Shown here piece after piece: positions 1-10,777 of a stretch of DNA of 64,000 nt; position 1 is the stretch's first letter; each line of letters begins with the position of its first letter. Both the position numbers and the translations under genes were made by a program. Source of the DNA: TPA_inf: Saccharomyces (taxonomy: Eukaryota). A model generated the notes under the pieces. The model searched no databases. It worked only from the letters and a program-made list of their open reading frames with translations, and was not told the origin of the DNA. Where the stretch lies: assembly GCA_000146045.2 (NCBI GenBank), contig BK006946.2, forward strand, positions 800,001 through 864,000, given 5' to 3'.

Positions 1-2
1 CT

Positions 3-1379
3 CTATCCTCCGCCGCCACTTCCACAGTAACGGAAATTGTTAAAGAGCCCACGAAGGCTATGGATCTACTGGCTTCTAATCTGCCAAAAGCTTCTAATTT
101 TTTCATGTCATACGTTATTCTACAAGGTCTGTCCATTTCATCAGGTGCTCTTTTGCAAATTGTTCCACTAATACTCTTTTATGTTTTAGGTGCCTTTTTA
201 GATGGTACCGTTAGGAAGAAATGGAATCGTTTTTGTGGGCTATCCAGTATGCAGTGGGGGACAGCTTTTCCAGTTTATACAAACTTGGCAGTTATTACTT
301 TCTCCTACTCCATCATTTCTCCGTTGATTTTATTATTTGCTGCCGTCGCGTTTTTCCTATTGTATATTGCATATTTATACAATTTGACTTATGTCTATCA
401 GGAATCACCCGACGCAAGGGGTATTTATTATCCAAGAGCTCTTTTCCAAACTATAGTTGGTATCTACATCGGTCAGATATGTCTATTAGGTCTTTTTGCC
501 GTTGGTAAAGGTTGGGGCCCAATCGTTTTACAGGTAATTGGAATTTGTGTTACCGTCCTTATTCATTTACATTTGAGCGCTGCATTTGATCATTTATCAA
601 AGGTTATACCCGTTGATACCATGAAACCGTTAGATGGTGTATCAGATACACCTTCTTTCAAAAATATTTATAAAGGCATAGAAAGTACAAAGGTGAAGAA
701 AAATACTTTTGGTGCAAATATTGACATGGACGGAATCAAAGAATTACCTGAATTTCCAATAAAGAAATATCACAAGAGGAGTGAATCAGTCACTGAGCAA
801 CAAGTTGAAAATAGCATATTTAGTGAAAATACATTCGAATATCAATTCAACCCAGCAAATGAAGCCAATGCAGATGGGCACGCTATAAATGCAGAAAATT
901 TAATTGAGGACGTGCCATTATTAGCAGATGGTGATACAATGAAAATTCCTCCGGCTCCATGGTGGAAGAGATTCTTAAAACCTCACATTTACTACTCCTA
1001 TAAGGCTGTAAAGAGCAGACTGCCAGAAATATATGGTTTGGTTGATCCTGATGAAAGAGTCAATGATTTCGATATCTCTCATGCTTACGATTATCCAGCT
1101 GTTAGTGCACAATGCCCCGAATTGTGGATTCCTCGCGATCCTTTTGGATTTTCCAAATTGTTGATTTCAGACGTTTCTGGCGTTGTTGAAATGAACGATG
1201 AAAATGCTACCATCGATGAGAATTTGAAATTTACTCTGCGTGACGTACCACCACCATATAATGATGTTAAAGACGAAGCAAATGGTGAAGCAAATGGCGA
1301 ATTTGACACAGCTAGTAAGGAAAATAATCCATTTGCGGACCCAAAGTATAAGGAAGAAGAGAGTCGTTCGGCAGTCTAA
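3..1379 (+). CDS. RSN1: C-terminal part of a DUF221/CSC1-family membrane protein (calcium-permeable stress-gated channel family); the 5' end lies off the window. The frame beginning at nt 3 is open before the listed Met.
   Basis: Polytopic hydrophobic segments followed by a hydrophilic tail. Sits immediately upstream of PPA2 as in chr XIII (YMR266W). The ORF-track Met at 60 is internal. Confidence 0.8.
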   Translation, partial: LSSAATSTVTEIVKEPTKAMDLLASNLPKASNFFMSYVILQGLSISSGALLQIVPLILFYVLGAFLDGTVRKKWNRFCGLSSMQWGTAFPVYTNLAVITFSYSIISPLILLFAAVAFFLLYIAYLYNLTYVYQESPDARGIYYPRALFQTIVGIYIGQICLLGLFAVGKGWGPIVLQVIGICVTVLIHLHLSAAFDHLSKVIPVDTMKPLDGVSDTPSFKNIYKGIESTKVKKNTFGANIDMDGIKELPEFPIKKYHKRSESVTEQQVENSIFSENTFEYQFNPANEANADGHAINAENLIEDVPLLADGDTMKIPPAPWWKRFLKPHIYYSYKAVKSRLPEIYGLVDPDERVNDFDISHAYDYPAVSAQCPELWIPRDPFGFSKLLISDVSGVVEMNDENATIDENLKFTLRDVPPPYNDVKDEANGEANGEFDTASKENNPFADPKYKEEESRSAV

Positions 1380-1771
1380 AGGTTAAACATTATCAGAAAT
1401 TATCTATTCCTATTTGTTTAGCTGTTATCCTCTGATGGTTGAATTGTAATTTTACTAAGAAAAGGAGAGGAAAAGGACGTGCATATATTCTTTTAATACA
1501 TTTAAAATATGATTCTAATCATTTCTTATATAATAGTGTATAGTCTAATCATTCATCGTGTATAGTAACCCTTTTTGTTTTTTTTTATGCAAAGTTTTTT
1601 TGTTTTTGGCAATCTATGAGGTTTGAATATTGGATAAAAGGAACTCCGCACAGTAATACGGAGCAGTCAGCTAATTTAACCAGCACTAATAGGGAGTACA
1701 TTCAATTGGAAACTTTGATTCGCTTGTATGCGTGAAAAGCAAATTCCCTTCTAGAGAAGTTACTGAAAAAC

Positions 1772-2704
1772 ATGAATTTATTACGAATGAATGCTTTAAC
1801 AAGCAAGGCTAGGTCAATAGAACGGTTAAAACAAACATTGAATATTTTATCCATTCGTAATCATAGACAATTCAGCACCATTCAACAAGGCAGCAAATAT
1901 ACCCTCGGGTTTAAGAAATACTTGACATTATTAAATGGAGAGGTTGGTTCTTTTTTCCATGATGTCCCTTTAGATTTGAATGAACATGAAAAGACCGTAA
2001 ATATGATTGTTGAAGTACCAAGATGGACAACTGGAAAATTTGAAATATCCAAAGAACTTAGGTTCAATCCGATCGTTCAAGATACGAAGAATGGCAAGCT
2101 TAGGTTCGTGAACAATATCTTTCCCTATCACGGCTATATACACAACTATGGTGCTATTCCCCAAACATGGGAAGATCCCACAATTGAACATAAACTGGGG
2201 AAGTGTGACGTGGCTTTGAAAGGTGACAATGATCCTCTTGATTGTTGCGAAATCGGTTCGGATGTTTTGGAAATGGGTTCCATTAAAAAGGTCAAGGTAT
2301 TAGGATCACTCGCTTTAATTGATGATGGAGAATTGGATTGGAAGGTCATAGTGATCGACGTAAATGATCCTTTATCCTCTAAAATAGATGACTTGGAAAA
2401 AATTGAGGAGTACTTTCCTGGGATTCTAGATACGACTAGGGAGTGGTTTAGAAAGTATAAAGTTCCAGCAGGGAAGCCATTAAATAGTTTCGCCTTTCAT
2501 GAACAGTATCAAAATTCCAATAAAACCATCCAAACTATAAAGAAATGTCACAATTCGTGGAAAAACCTCATTTCAGGATCACTCCAGGAGAAGTATGACA
2601 ACCTGCCTAATACAGAAAGGGCTGGTAATGGTGTCACACTTGAAGATAGTGTTAAACCCCCTTCTCAAATACCGCCTGAGGTGCAAAAATGGTATTACGT
2701 TTAA
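1772..2704 (+). CDS. PPA2: Mitochondrial inorganic pyrophosphatase
   Basis: 310 aa. Pyrophosphatase signature region (…HGYIHNYGAIPQTWEDP…DPLD…) and an N-terminal presequence-like extension. Matches YMR267W in length and position. Confidence 0.9.
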   Translation: MNLLRMNALTSKARSIERLKQTLNILSIRNHRQFSTIQQGSKYTLGFKKYLTLLNGEVGSFFHDVPLDLNEHEKTVNMIVEVPRWTTGKFEISKELRFNPIVQDTKNGKLRFVNNIFPYHGYIHNYGAIPQTWEDPTIEHKLGKCDVALKGDNDPLDCCEIGSDVLEMGSIKKVKVLGSLALIDDGELDWKVIVIDVNDPLSSKIDDLEKIEEYFPGILDTTREWFRKYKVPAGKPLNSFAFHEQYQNSNKTIQTIKKCHNSWKNLISGSLQEKYDNLPNTERAGNGVTLEDSVKPPSQIPPEVQKWYYV

Positions 2705-2887
2705 TATGAAAATAATACCTTCGAAGAAAATGTTTAGATAAAGGTTCCTTGTATATAATTACGTAATCTCTGCTCTCTCGAATGTTGGCTGCTTGATGTA
2801 TGTGAACGTTTGGAAAGAAACTTGGGTTTATATTCACTGCTAAAATGACATCCTATTAGAAGTTCGTCTTTCTCCGGTTCGGTTAGT

Positions 2888-4228
2888 CTACTCACCTAGA
2901 AACATCTTGCGAAAATCGTCGTTGGACATCTGCTCTTGTTTGTCAGGAATTTTTTTCTTTACTTGAAGATTTGGTCCTTTTTCCATCATGTTTATACAAC
3001 TAGGTTTGACGTGTTTCATGCTGTGATTCTGTTGATTGTTATAATATCTTTTCATGTCATTAATAGTACCTGAACGTATCACCTTTCCCTGAAATTGAGA
3101 TCCATTTAGTATCATTAGCATTTTTGCTGCAAACTTACTATCTCTAAATATAATAATGGCGCCATTGAAGTCGCTAACGAGAAGTATTTTCCTAATATCT
3201 TTTTCATTGATGTGTATTTCTTCCTGAAGAAATTGGCAGATTAAGCTTGGTGACACCTTATCTGAAAGTGGAAATAAGCATATTAGTGTTTCTAGTTCTT
3301 TGCTGTTACGCGATGCGAGAAGTCTTTTGACTTCGTTTCTTTCTAAGAATGGTTTTTTATCAGCCAAGGAAACGGAAATTTCCCTATTACCTAACAAACT
3401 TCTATTCATTTGAAGTGCCCTTTCAGCAGAATCTTTATTTTCAAAAACCATAAATGCACAACAGTTATTGAAACTGTGCTCTTTCTGTCCAGCAGGTATG
3501 TTGATTTTTTCAATGGAACCAAATCCCTCAAAAGATTCCCTCAGAAGGTTTTCGTCGAGCAATTCTGTACTTAGGTTTCGTATCATAATCTCTCGCCCCT
3601 CTAGTGTGGCAGAATCGGTCCGTTTCGACTTTTCCAGCGGATTGGAAACTTTAGTAACTAAAGTATAACCTTCTATTTTGAGTCCATTCAATTTTTCTAC
3701 ACAATATCTTGCATCCTCTTTAGAAGTAACATCGATGTAAGCGAACCTTCTGCTTGTATTGAATCGTAAACTGGGAAGCCGTATACTGAGTGCAACAACG
3801 TTAATATCTTGCAATAGATCTCTAATATTTCTTTGAGTATAACTTGGGGGGAAATTCGTCATCCATAATGTGCATTCTGTTAAATGAGATACTATAATTT
3901 CATTCTGACCTACAACTTTGTGTGTTTTGGTTATTGCAGCGAGGGCTCCATCATACCTGGCAAATTCAATACGTGCAAAACGAAAGTTCTTCTTCAGCGA
4001 ATCCGCAACATCAACGTGTATAATGGGCCCACAATGTTTGAAGTACTTATAGACTTTGTTTTGATTATAGCTCTTAGGCAAATTTTTGACTAATACAGTT
4101 GTTAATTCTCTATTTCTTGTTAAAGCTTCGTTCGCCTTCTTAGAAGTTAATCCTGCGGCTGCTGGTGATCCTTCATCCAATGGTCGTTTTGAATCTGGTC
4201 TAGCGTGATGTCCATACTCCATTATCAC
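2888..4228 (-). CDS. PRP24: U6 snRNP RRM protein (splicing factor)
   Basis: Multiple RRM-like segments. Product is 446 aa from the first ATG. The first residues are M-I-M, so a start at 4222 gives the 444 aa remembered for YMR268C. Confidence 0.85.
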   Translation of the reverse strand: MIMEYGHHARPDSKRPLDEGSPAAAGLTSKKANEALTRNRELTTVLVKNLPKSYNQNKVYKYFKHCGPIIHVDVADSLKKNFRFARIEFARYDGALAAITKTHKVVGQNEIIVSHLTECTLWMTNFPPSYTQRNIRDLLQDINVVALSIRLPSLRFNTSRRFAYIDVTSKEDARYCVEKLNGLKIEGYTLVTKVSNPLEKSKRTDSATLEGREIMIRNLSTELLDENLLRESFEGFGSIEKINIPAGQKEHSFNNCCAFMVFENKDSAERALQMNRSLLGNREISVSLADKKPFLERNEVKRLLASRNSKELETLICLFPLSDKVSPSLICQFLQEEIHINEKDIRKILLVSDFNGAIIIFRDSKFAAKMLMILNGSQFQGKVIRSGTINDMKRYYNNQQNHSMKHVKPSCINMMEKGPNLQVKKKIPDKQEQMSNDDFRKMFLGE

Positions 4229-4340
4229 AGATTATGAAGTGAATATGTGGGCTTGTTTATCGCTAATGATTCTCATATAATAAATATAAAGGGTTTTCAA
4301 TGTTGTAGTAAATCTGCCATTTTGAATAAGTTCCCGCCTG

Positions 4341-4359
4341 AAAATTTTTTAGCGATGAC
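4341..4359 (+). promoter_or_regulatory. RRPE-like (AAAATTTTTT) and PAC-like (GCGATGAC) motifs about 100 bp upstream of the TMA23 ATG
   Basis: Sequence cctgAAAATTTTTTaGCGATGACttt is seen directly. PAC consensus GCGATGAG matches 7/8; RRPE consensus AAAAATTTT is adjacent. This pairing is typical of the ribosome-biogenesis regulon. Confidence 0.4.
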
Positions 4360-4455
4360 TTTAAAAAAGACATTGATGCACTCTACAATTCATTGTCATG
4401 ATGTACATAGAAAATTGAATGATACAAGCGGAAATATTATCAGAATAAATCGGAC

Positions 4456-5091
4456 ATGGATAGCAAAGAATATCTGATATCATATGGTTGGAAAGAAGGA
4501 GAAGCGTTTAGAGAAGGTGGTTTGAAAAGACCCATACTGGTAAAGCACAAGAGAGATAAGAAGGGATTGGGTAATGCTCCTGGCGGGAATGATGGCGAAG
4601 CATGGTGGGAAAGGCTATTTGATGGACATCTGAAGAACCTGGATGTAAGCACTGATTCGAATAATGGCAGTATTAAATTTACTCAAAATGAGGCAGTTGC
4701 TACTGCTGTATCGAAAAGTAGCTCACCTCTATACAGGTGGTTTGTAAAGGGAGAAGGGCTGAAAGGAACCATTACTAATCTTGGTAAAAAGGAGGAAGCC
4801 AGCTTTGTTGTATCTAGTGCAAGTTCGAGTAAAGGGAAGAAGAGAAGAAGGCGTGATGAAGATGATAACAAGGTCAAGAGAAAAAAATTGAAAAAAGATA
4901 AAAAGACTAGTAACGACAGTGAGAGTAAGAAGAAGAAGAAGAAGAAAAGCAAGAAGGAGAGTAAAAAAGGAAAGAAAAGTAAGCATAGCAGCGATGAAGG
5001 TGATAAATCGAAGCATAAAAAATCCAAAAAGTCAAAAAAACATAAAAAGGAAGAAAGTTCAGCAAGAAGAGATAGAAAGGAGCATATATGA
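4456..5091 (+). CDS. TMA23: Lysine/serine-rich nucleolar protein involved in ribosome biogenesis
   Basis: 211 aa. The C-terminal half is KKxK/S-rich low complexity (G-patch-like N-terminus GWKEGEAFREGGLKRP). Matches YMR269W. Confidence 0.85.
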   Translation: MDSKEYLISYGWKEGEAFREGGLKRPILVKHKRDKKGLGNAPGGNDGEAWWERLFDGHLKNLDVSTDSNNGSIKFTQNEAVATAVSKSSSPLYRWFVKGEGLKGTITNLGKKEEASFVVSSASSSKGKKRRRRDEDDNKVKRKKLKKDKKTSNDSESKKKKKKKSKKESKKGKKSKHSSDEGDKSKHKKSKKSKKHKKEESSARRDRKEHI

Positions 5092-5325
5092 TTATCATAG
5101 TCTAATATGTAAATATGTATCCGTAAAAGACATTCTTAAAAGTTTGAATTTATGATCTTTTTATTTTTGTATTTAGTCTTTGTTTTCGAACTTTTATTAA
5201 TATTAAATTTCAGTAAGTAAATTAAAAGAACATCTTTAAAAGAGTATATTTATTGTTACATATGTTGATCTTAAAAGGAGATGAATATTTCTTAATGGAA
5301 AAAGGTAAAAAAAAGATTTTCTCAT

Positions 5326-6426
5326 TCATATGTTCCCATTAGGCAGTTCTATGAGGCAGTCGTCCAACTCGTAATCAGAGATCTCATTCTCATCCTCTAA
5401 GTAGCCCTTTACCTGAAAAAATGTTCTTTTGTTTAGAGCATCTTCCGTCTCTTCACGATTTAAGCGTTGTAGCTTGGATTTGTCCTTTGATGTCAACCGT
5501 TTATCCTTCAATAACTTTTCCACAGGTATGAAATCTTCTCTTGTTTTACTTAATAGCTCCTTTAAGTATGAACTGGTCTTTTTTGGCTGGTGATACTTTT
5601 TTAGAATTTGTTTGGGCAGTCTGAATTTTCTCTTTTTATACTTTTCTGGGATATCGTTATATAGCTCTAATGATTTCATGTAGATATCCGTCATATCCTC
5701 GTTCATTTCACAACCTCTTGAAACCAAGTCATGATATGTGTATTTAATTCGTCGATTGGCCTGCATGGGCTCGTCGTCTATCTGATTCGCCCTTATATTA
5801 TTAGAATGCTTATCTTGCCTTACATCGAATTCGTTCTCTTTGGCTATTTTATCATGCAACCCTTCGAATAAGCTGTCCAGTTTAACTAAGATATTCCGGG
5901 ATATTTCGTTTGGAATGTTCAATTCATCCACATCTAGAGTTACATCATGGTCCAAGGCAGACTTAGAGAGAAATTTTTGCCATTGAGCATCCAGCTCAAC
6001 CCTCATCATATCAGAGGCGTGCATTAAAGCCCTATTTGAGATCTCCCCCGGCTGTACGCTTACATTTGCAATACCTTCCGGTATATCTTCATACAATTTG
6101 TCTACACTAGGGTCAATAATTGTATTGGGATTAGGCCAGCTCGTCCAGTTATCCTTAATTTGGGTCTTCACAAACTGGTTTACTTCATAAAAATGTTTTT
6201 TTTCATTTGCCTTATACAATAGTCTTTTCAAGAGGTACGCAGAGTATAAATGCAACGAAAGGTCGACTCTGTGCGAGTGTTCTAGAGAATCTAATAATTC
6301 ATTTGCAGATTTCAAAGTCTCTTTATCAGCGGTTGTAGTGGTAAGCTCAGATCCTCGTATAATATCTTCGATAGGAGCATCGATCTGAGTTTCAATTTGA
6401 CTTTCTTCGTCAAGATCACTCATCAA
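5326..6426 (-). CDS. RRN9: RNA polymerase I upstream activation factor subunit
   Basis: 366 aa from the first ATG (MM…). The second Met gives 365 aa, matching YMR270C. Position between TMA23 and URA10. Confidence 0.85.
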   Translation of the reverse strand: MMSDLDEESQIETQIDAPIEDIIRGSELTTTTADKETLKSANELLDSLEHSHRVDLSLHLYSAYLLKRLLYKANEKKHFYEVNQFVKTQIKDNWTSWPNPNTIIDPSVDKLYEDIPEGIANVSVQPGEISNRALMHASDMMRVELDAQWQKFLSKSALDHDVTLDVDELNIPNEISRNILVKLDSLFEGLHDKIAKENEFDVRQDKHSNNIRANQIDDEPMQANRRIKYTYHDLVSRGCEMNEDMTDIYMKSLELYNDIPEKYKKRKFRLPKQILKKYHQPKKTSSYLKELLSKTREDFIPVEKLLKDKRLTSKDKSKLQRLNREETEDALNKRTFFQVKGYLEDENEISDYELDDCLIELPNGNI

Positions 6427-6864
6427 AACCCCACGTAATGTTTGTTCTCAAATATATTTCGTCGTCCCGAAATCAGCACAGTTTTATAATGCAACTGTTA
6501 AATGTCTAGAGAGAAAAAACCGCCGACACATCAATATTTTCACCCTTTATGGCTAAACTTGAGTGTGATTCTTGCATCTGAGTAATCTTCAAACACGAAA
6601 GGCCTTTTTGTTTATTTTGTAGAAGAAAAATATTTTAGTGAAAAATTATGGAAAGTAGTAGAAATCCTCTCAAGTGAAGCATGACAAAAAGAAAAGTAAG
6701 AAACCTTAAAAGACACTAATAGTTGATGAATTACTATGCGAGAACTCACGTAACTCCAACAATAAAAAGCTATTTACGTATACTGATTAAAAAAGAATAC
6801 AAGAAAAATTTATTCTTTCCTATACAAACAATGATAATCAAATGGTCCATGTCAGTTCTATAGT

Positions 6865-7611
<747 letters not shown>

Positions 7612-8245
7612 TTAGTTCTTAATCTATATAAAAGAGCCTGTGATGGCCTTTTACCCTAGATTAGGAAGCGAAGGGGCCTTTCCCGAAAGGTTATGTATGA
7701 CTCCCTTGAAATGCATATGATAATTAAAACCAAAAAATGTTATGTGATTCTGAAAGGAAATGCTGTCATGTGAGTCAGGTGTAGAGCAGGTTAGAACAGT
7801 TTATATTACATAGTCTGAAAGGCACGTGAGAAAGTGCCATACCATTAGCCGAATACGTGAAATGTCTAAAAAAATACAAGTGAAAGAATAAAGTGCTAAA
7901 AAAACTATCAGGCTCTCAGAAGGCAATTTAGCCATATGTATACATATATATGTGTGTGTATAAACCTCATATAAGGGGCCCCAATGGTTTATCTAAAGGA
8001 TATCCTATTAGGACTTGTCTGTCACACGCAAAACTTCAAATGACATAATGATGAGCACTTGTCAAATAATTGAGTAACTTCTTCGATATCTCTGGTATGT
8101 AAAAATAAGTATATCGAGATGAGCGATTGTATCTGTATAGAGGTTGGTTTCTTTTTCTTACCTTTCTCTTTTTATTTTTTTCTCGCATTGGTTCAAAAAA
8201 AAAAAATGATGGTTTAAATTTCGTAAAATACGAAAAATGAAGGGA

Positions 8246-8317
8246 AGGTCCCACCCGGATTCGAACTGGGGTTGTTCGGATCAGAACCGAAAGTGATAAC
8301 CACTACACTATAGGACC
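8246..8317 (-). tRNA. SUP70: tRNA-Gln, anticodon CUG (single-copy glutamine CAG decoder)
   Basis: Reverse complement reads GGTCCTATAGTGTAGTGGTTATCACTTTCGGTTCTGATCCGAACAACCCCAGTTCGAATCCGGGTGGGACCT. It folds as a cloverleaf with anticodon loop TTCTGAT (CTG), intragenic A-box/B-box (GGTTCGAATCC) and no intron. An oligo-T run on the transcribed strand follows the 3' end (plus-strand A-run at 8233-8237). Confidence 0.9.
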
Positions 8318-8536
8318 TTTTTCTTCTGTTGTTAGTGTACACTAAAACTTCCGGTTTTATGGAACCTTTTTAAGAAAGATGGTCCCTATTTTAACAATAT
8401 CGCAAGCAATGGATCTTGTACTGGTACGGAAAACCGTATATACTAACAAATCTTAGGTTTCTACGTCTGACTAAAGAAAGAATTGTGAGTGAGGTTTATA
8501 GTAGAAGCTCTCCTCATGACTTTGGGCTATGTAAAT

Positions 8537-8906
8537 TGTTGATAATTAGAGGTAAAAAATAGTATTAATGAAGAAATAATTACTGATCTTCTTATACTAA
8601 ATAAGAGAGGTATATAAAACACACGCCGATTGGTCATATTAATCATGACCAATATAATAGTGATTCCGGTAGTTACTATACATTTATGTGACGACTCATA
8701 TTCCTCATATATGTACCTACCATAACATGTTCAACTAATAGGTCTTTAACACAGCTTCAGTATTGTCTGAGCTTCTCGTTTAACATTCCTTCTGCAATAG
8801 GTGCAATCACACTTAAACGTATACGAGGTGTACATTAATATACGATGTAAGCATTAGATTGTTACCATAGCAACTCATGTCACTATTAATTACTCTCGTT
8901 CCAACA
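8537..8906 (-). mobile_element. Solo LTR of a Ty retrotransposon (most likely a Ty4 tau element), 370 bp
   Basis: Minus-strand sequence starts TGTTGGAACGAGAGTAATTAATAGTG… and ends …ATTATCAACA (TGTTG…CAACA terminal inverted repeat). It is flanked by a perfect 5-bp direct repeat TAAAT (8532-8536 and 8907-8911), the expected target-site duplication. It lies about 220 bp from the 5' end of the tRNA-Gln gene. Confidence 0.7.
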
Positions 8907-8947
8907 TAAATGCAATTGATGATTTGCGCAACGCAGATACAGATTTT

Positions 8948-9300
8948 ACTTTATTCTTCGTGCCTAAAATGGACCATCGTTTCACTTACTAGCCGTTGTT
9001 TACTAAGATATAGTTGTATACGGTGTGGAGGATGATAAGATCATTGGACCAATATAACTATATAAATGTCGGCACCAGTTTAATGGAACCTCGAATGCAA
9101 TTACTGATAACGGAATGGATTAAGAAATGATTAGGTATGAGGTACTCTTATAGTATGTAGAATTTCTGATTTGCTTATGTGTTCATTTATTCTCGAGAAG
9201 AACCCTTAGTATATTCTGTGTCCTAATATTACAAAAAGTCAATGAGAGTCTAGGGACTATCAGATAACTTCACTGTGCTCATCTTGATTCCTGTTCTAAC
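8948..9300 (+). mobile_element. Degenerate Ty1/Ty2-family delta-like solo LTR; boundaries approximate
   Basis: Stretches resemble the delta consensus (…atacggtg…; aacggaatgg…gtatgtagaa…; ctcgagaagaacccttagtatattctgt…cctaatatta…). No clean termini or target-site duplication could be identified. Confidence 0.45.
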
Positions 9301-9622
9301 GACAGTAACACAGGATACGGTTAGTATTTTTTTGCCAACCTGATCTGTGAAAGAAAAATGTACCTGTCAATTCGGTTCTTTTTTGAGGCCGCTTTTTCGT
9401 ATAGTCGTCATCGATTGGATATTCGTTTAAGAAATAACGTGCTTGTTCATCGATTTCATCTATGATTCCATTCCATGTGTATGTATATATACGTAGTTAC
9501 ATATAATAATATAAATAAAGATTTGAAATAAATATGTCGCAGAAAAGAACTTTGCTCAAGATTTCATTGCTCGTAATGTTGTTTTTCCTAGGTTGACAAT
9601 TTTGGACGAGGCTGACCAATAA

Positions 9623-10777
9623 TTATTCATATTTCATTTTGGACAATGGGGCATCGGGGCCTAAGTAGGTGCCAAAAACTTCGTCCCAAAACCAGGATGT
9701 GACGCCAAATCCCAGTTGGTAGTTTTTATAATGATGTTCCAGGTGATATTTTTTCAACTTACGCATGAAGGGAGGCAATTTAGAGTGGTGCAAGAAGAAA
9801 TGACATTCGTCATAACAGACATAACCGAAAAGACCGCCAGCAAAACCAGCGTAAGCCCAATAAAGTGGCAGCAGAGCAAATACCAACTTGTAAAATGGAG
9901 CACAAAGGATGACGAACAGAGTAGGTGGCATAACTAAACGGTACTTGTCCATGGGCAAGTAATGATGGCAACCATGTAGTAGAAAATGTGTGGCGAATGC
10001 GATGTTACTTTCAGGTAACCAATCATCGAAATGAAATAGGAAACGGTGAAGACCGTATTCAATCAAAGTCCAAACAAAGACACCGACACAGAACAAGAAA
10101 CATGCAAATAGCTGGTTCATGTTCTTCAAAGCAACACCCATGTGGTACACAACTACAGGCAACCAAGCAACTGGAACAACCCACCAAGCTGTTTTAGTTA
10201 ATGGTTCCAAGAAATTACCAAATAGCGGGGCAGACCCCTTACCGTAATGTCTTGGTCTATGGATTTGGTCAACGTAAAAATCTTTCTTGAAATCACTACG
10301 CAGAATCTGCATCAGCAAAGGACGGTTCAGATCCAAAAATTTATGCTTTTTGTAGTCGTTACTGTAGTCCGTAGCAATACTTAGTTTCTCCTCGGCGGGC
10401 AACTCCTTTACAAAAGTAGTGGAGTCAAACTCAGTACCGTCAGCTGACAACTGCACTTCAACCTTATGGTTCTTGTTAGTCAACAATCTCGCTGCCTCTT
10501 CGTCAGTTGCCAAGTAACCAATCAAATATTCGTCCTCAAGGATTTCATACGCGGAGTCGCTGTGTTCATGCACATCTGAGTCTTTCATGATCTCAGTAAT
10601 GTCCTTACCAGCATAGTCCAAGATGGACTCGTCACCACCAGGGTGTTCGCTCAAAAACCTGGTCACGTCATAAATCTTTCTGTTTTGATAAGTGACCCAG
10701 CAGTCATTGGCAGTATTGTGTTCTTGTACCGTCTTTTTTGAAAACAGTTCCAAAGTCTTGGAAGTATTAGTCGACAT
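9623..10777 (-). CDS. SCS7: Sphingolipid alpha-hydroxylase (cytochrome b5 domain plus fatty-acid hydroxylase His-box domain)
   Basis: 384 aa. N-terminal cyt-b5 heme motif (HPGGDE). C-terminal His boxes (HRFLFH, HGCHHY, HLEHHY). Matches YMR272C. Confidence 0.9.

Noticed and set aside
221-2349. Small ORFs (61-95 aa) nested in alternate frames of RSN1 and PPA2
   Set aside because: Embedded within well-supported larger CDSs and compositionally unremarkable.
5160-5330. Possible ARS consensus (WTTTAYRTTTW) matches in AT-rich intergenic regions
   Set aside because: Manual scanning of the few regions tried (e.g. 5160-5330) found no exact 11/11 match. Without a systematic scan and B-element context, any call would be guesswork.
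7690-7706. TGACTC (Gcn4-type) hexamer in the URA10 upstream region
   Set aside because: A single hexamer occurs by chance about once per 2 kb per strand, and URA10 is not a known general-control target. Not reported as a feature.
8436-8447. GTATATACTAAC, looking like splice donor plus branchpoint
   Set aside because: Donor-like and branchpoint motifs overlap each other, and there is no flanking ORF. It sits in the intergenic tRNA flank, so it is not an intron.
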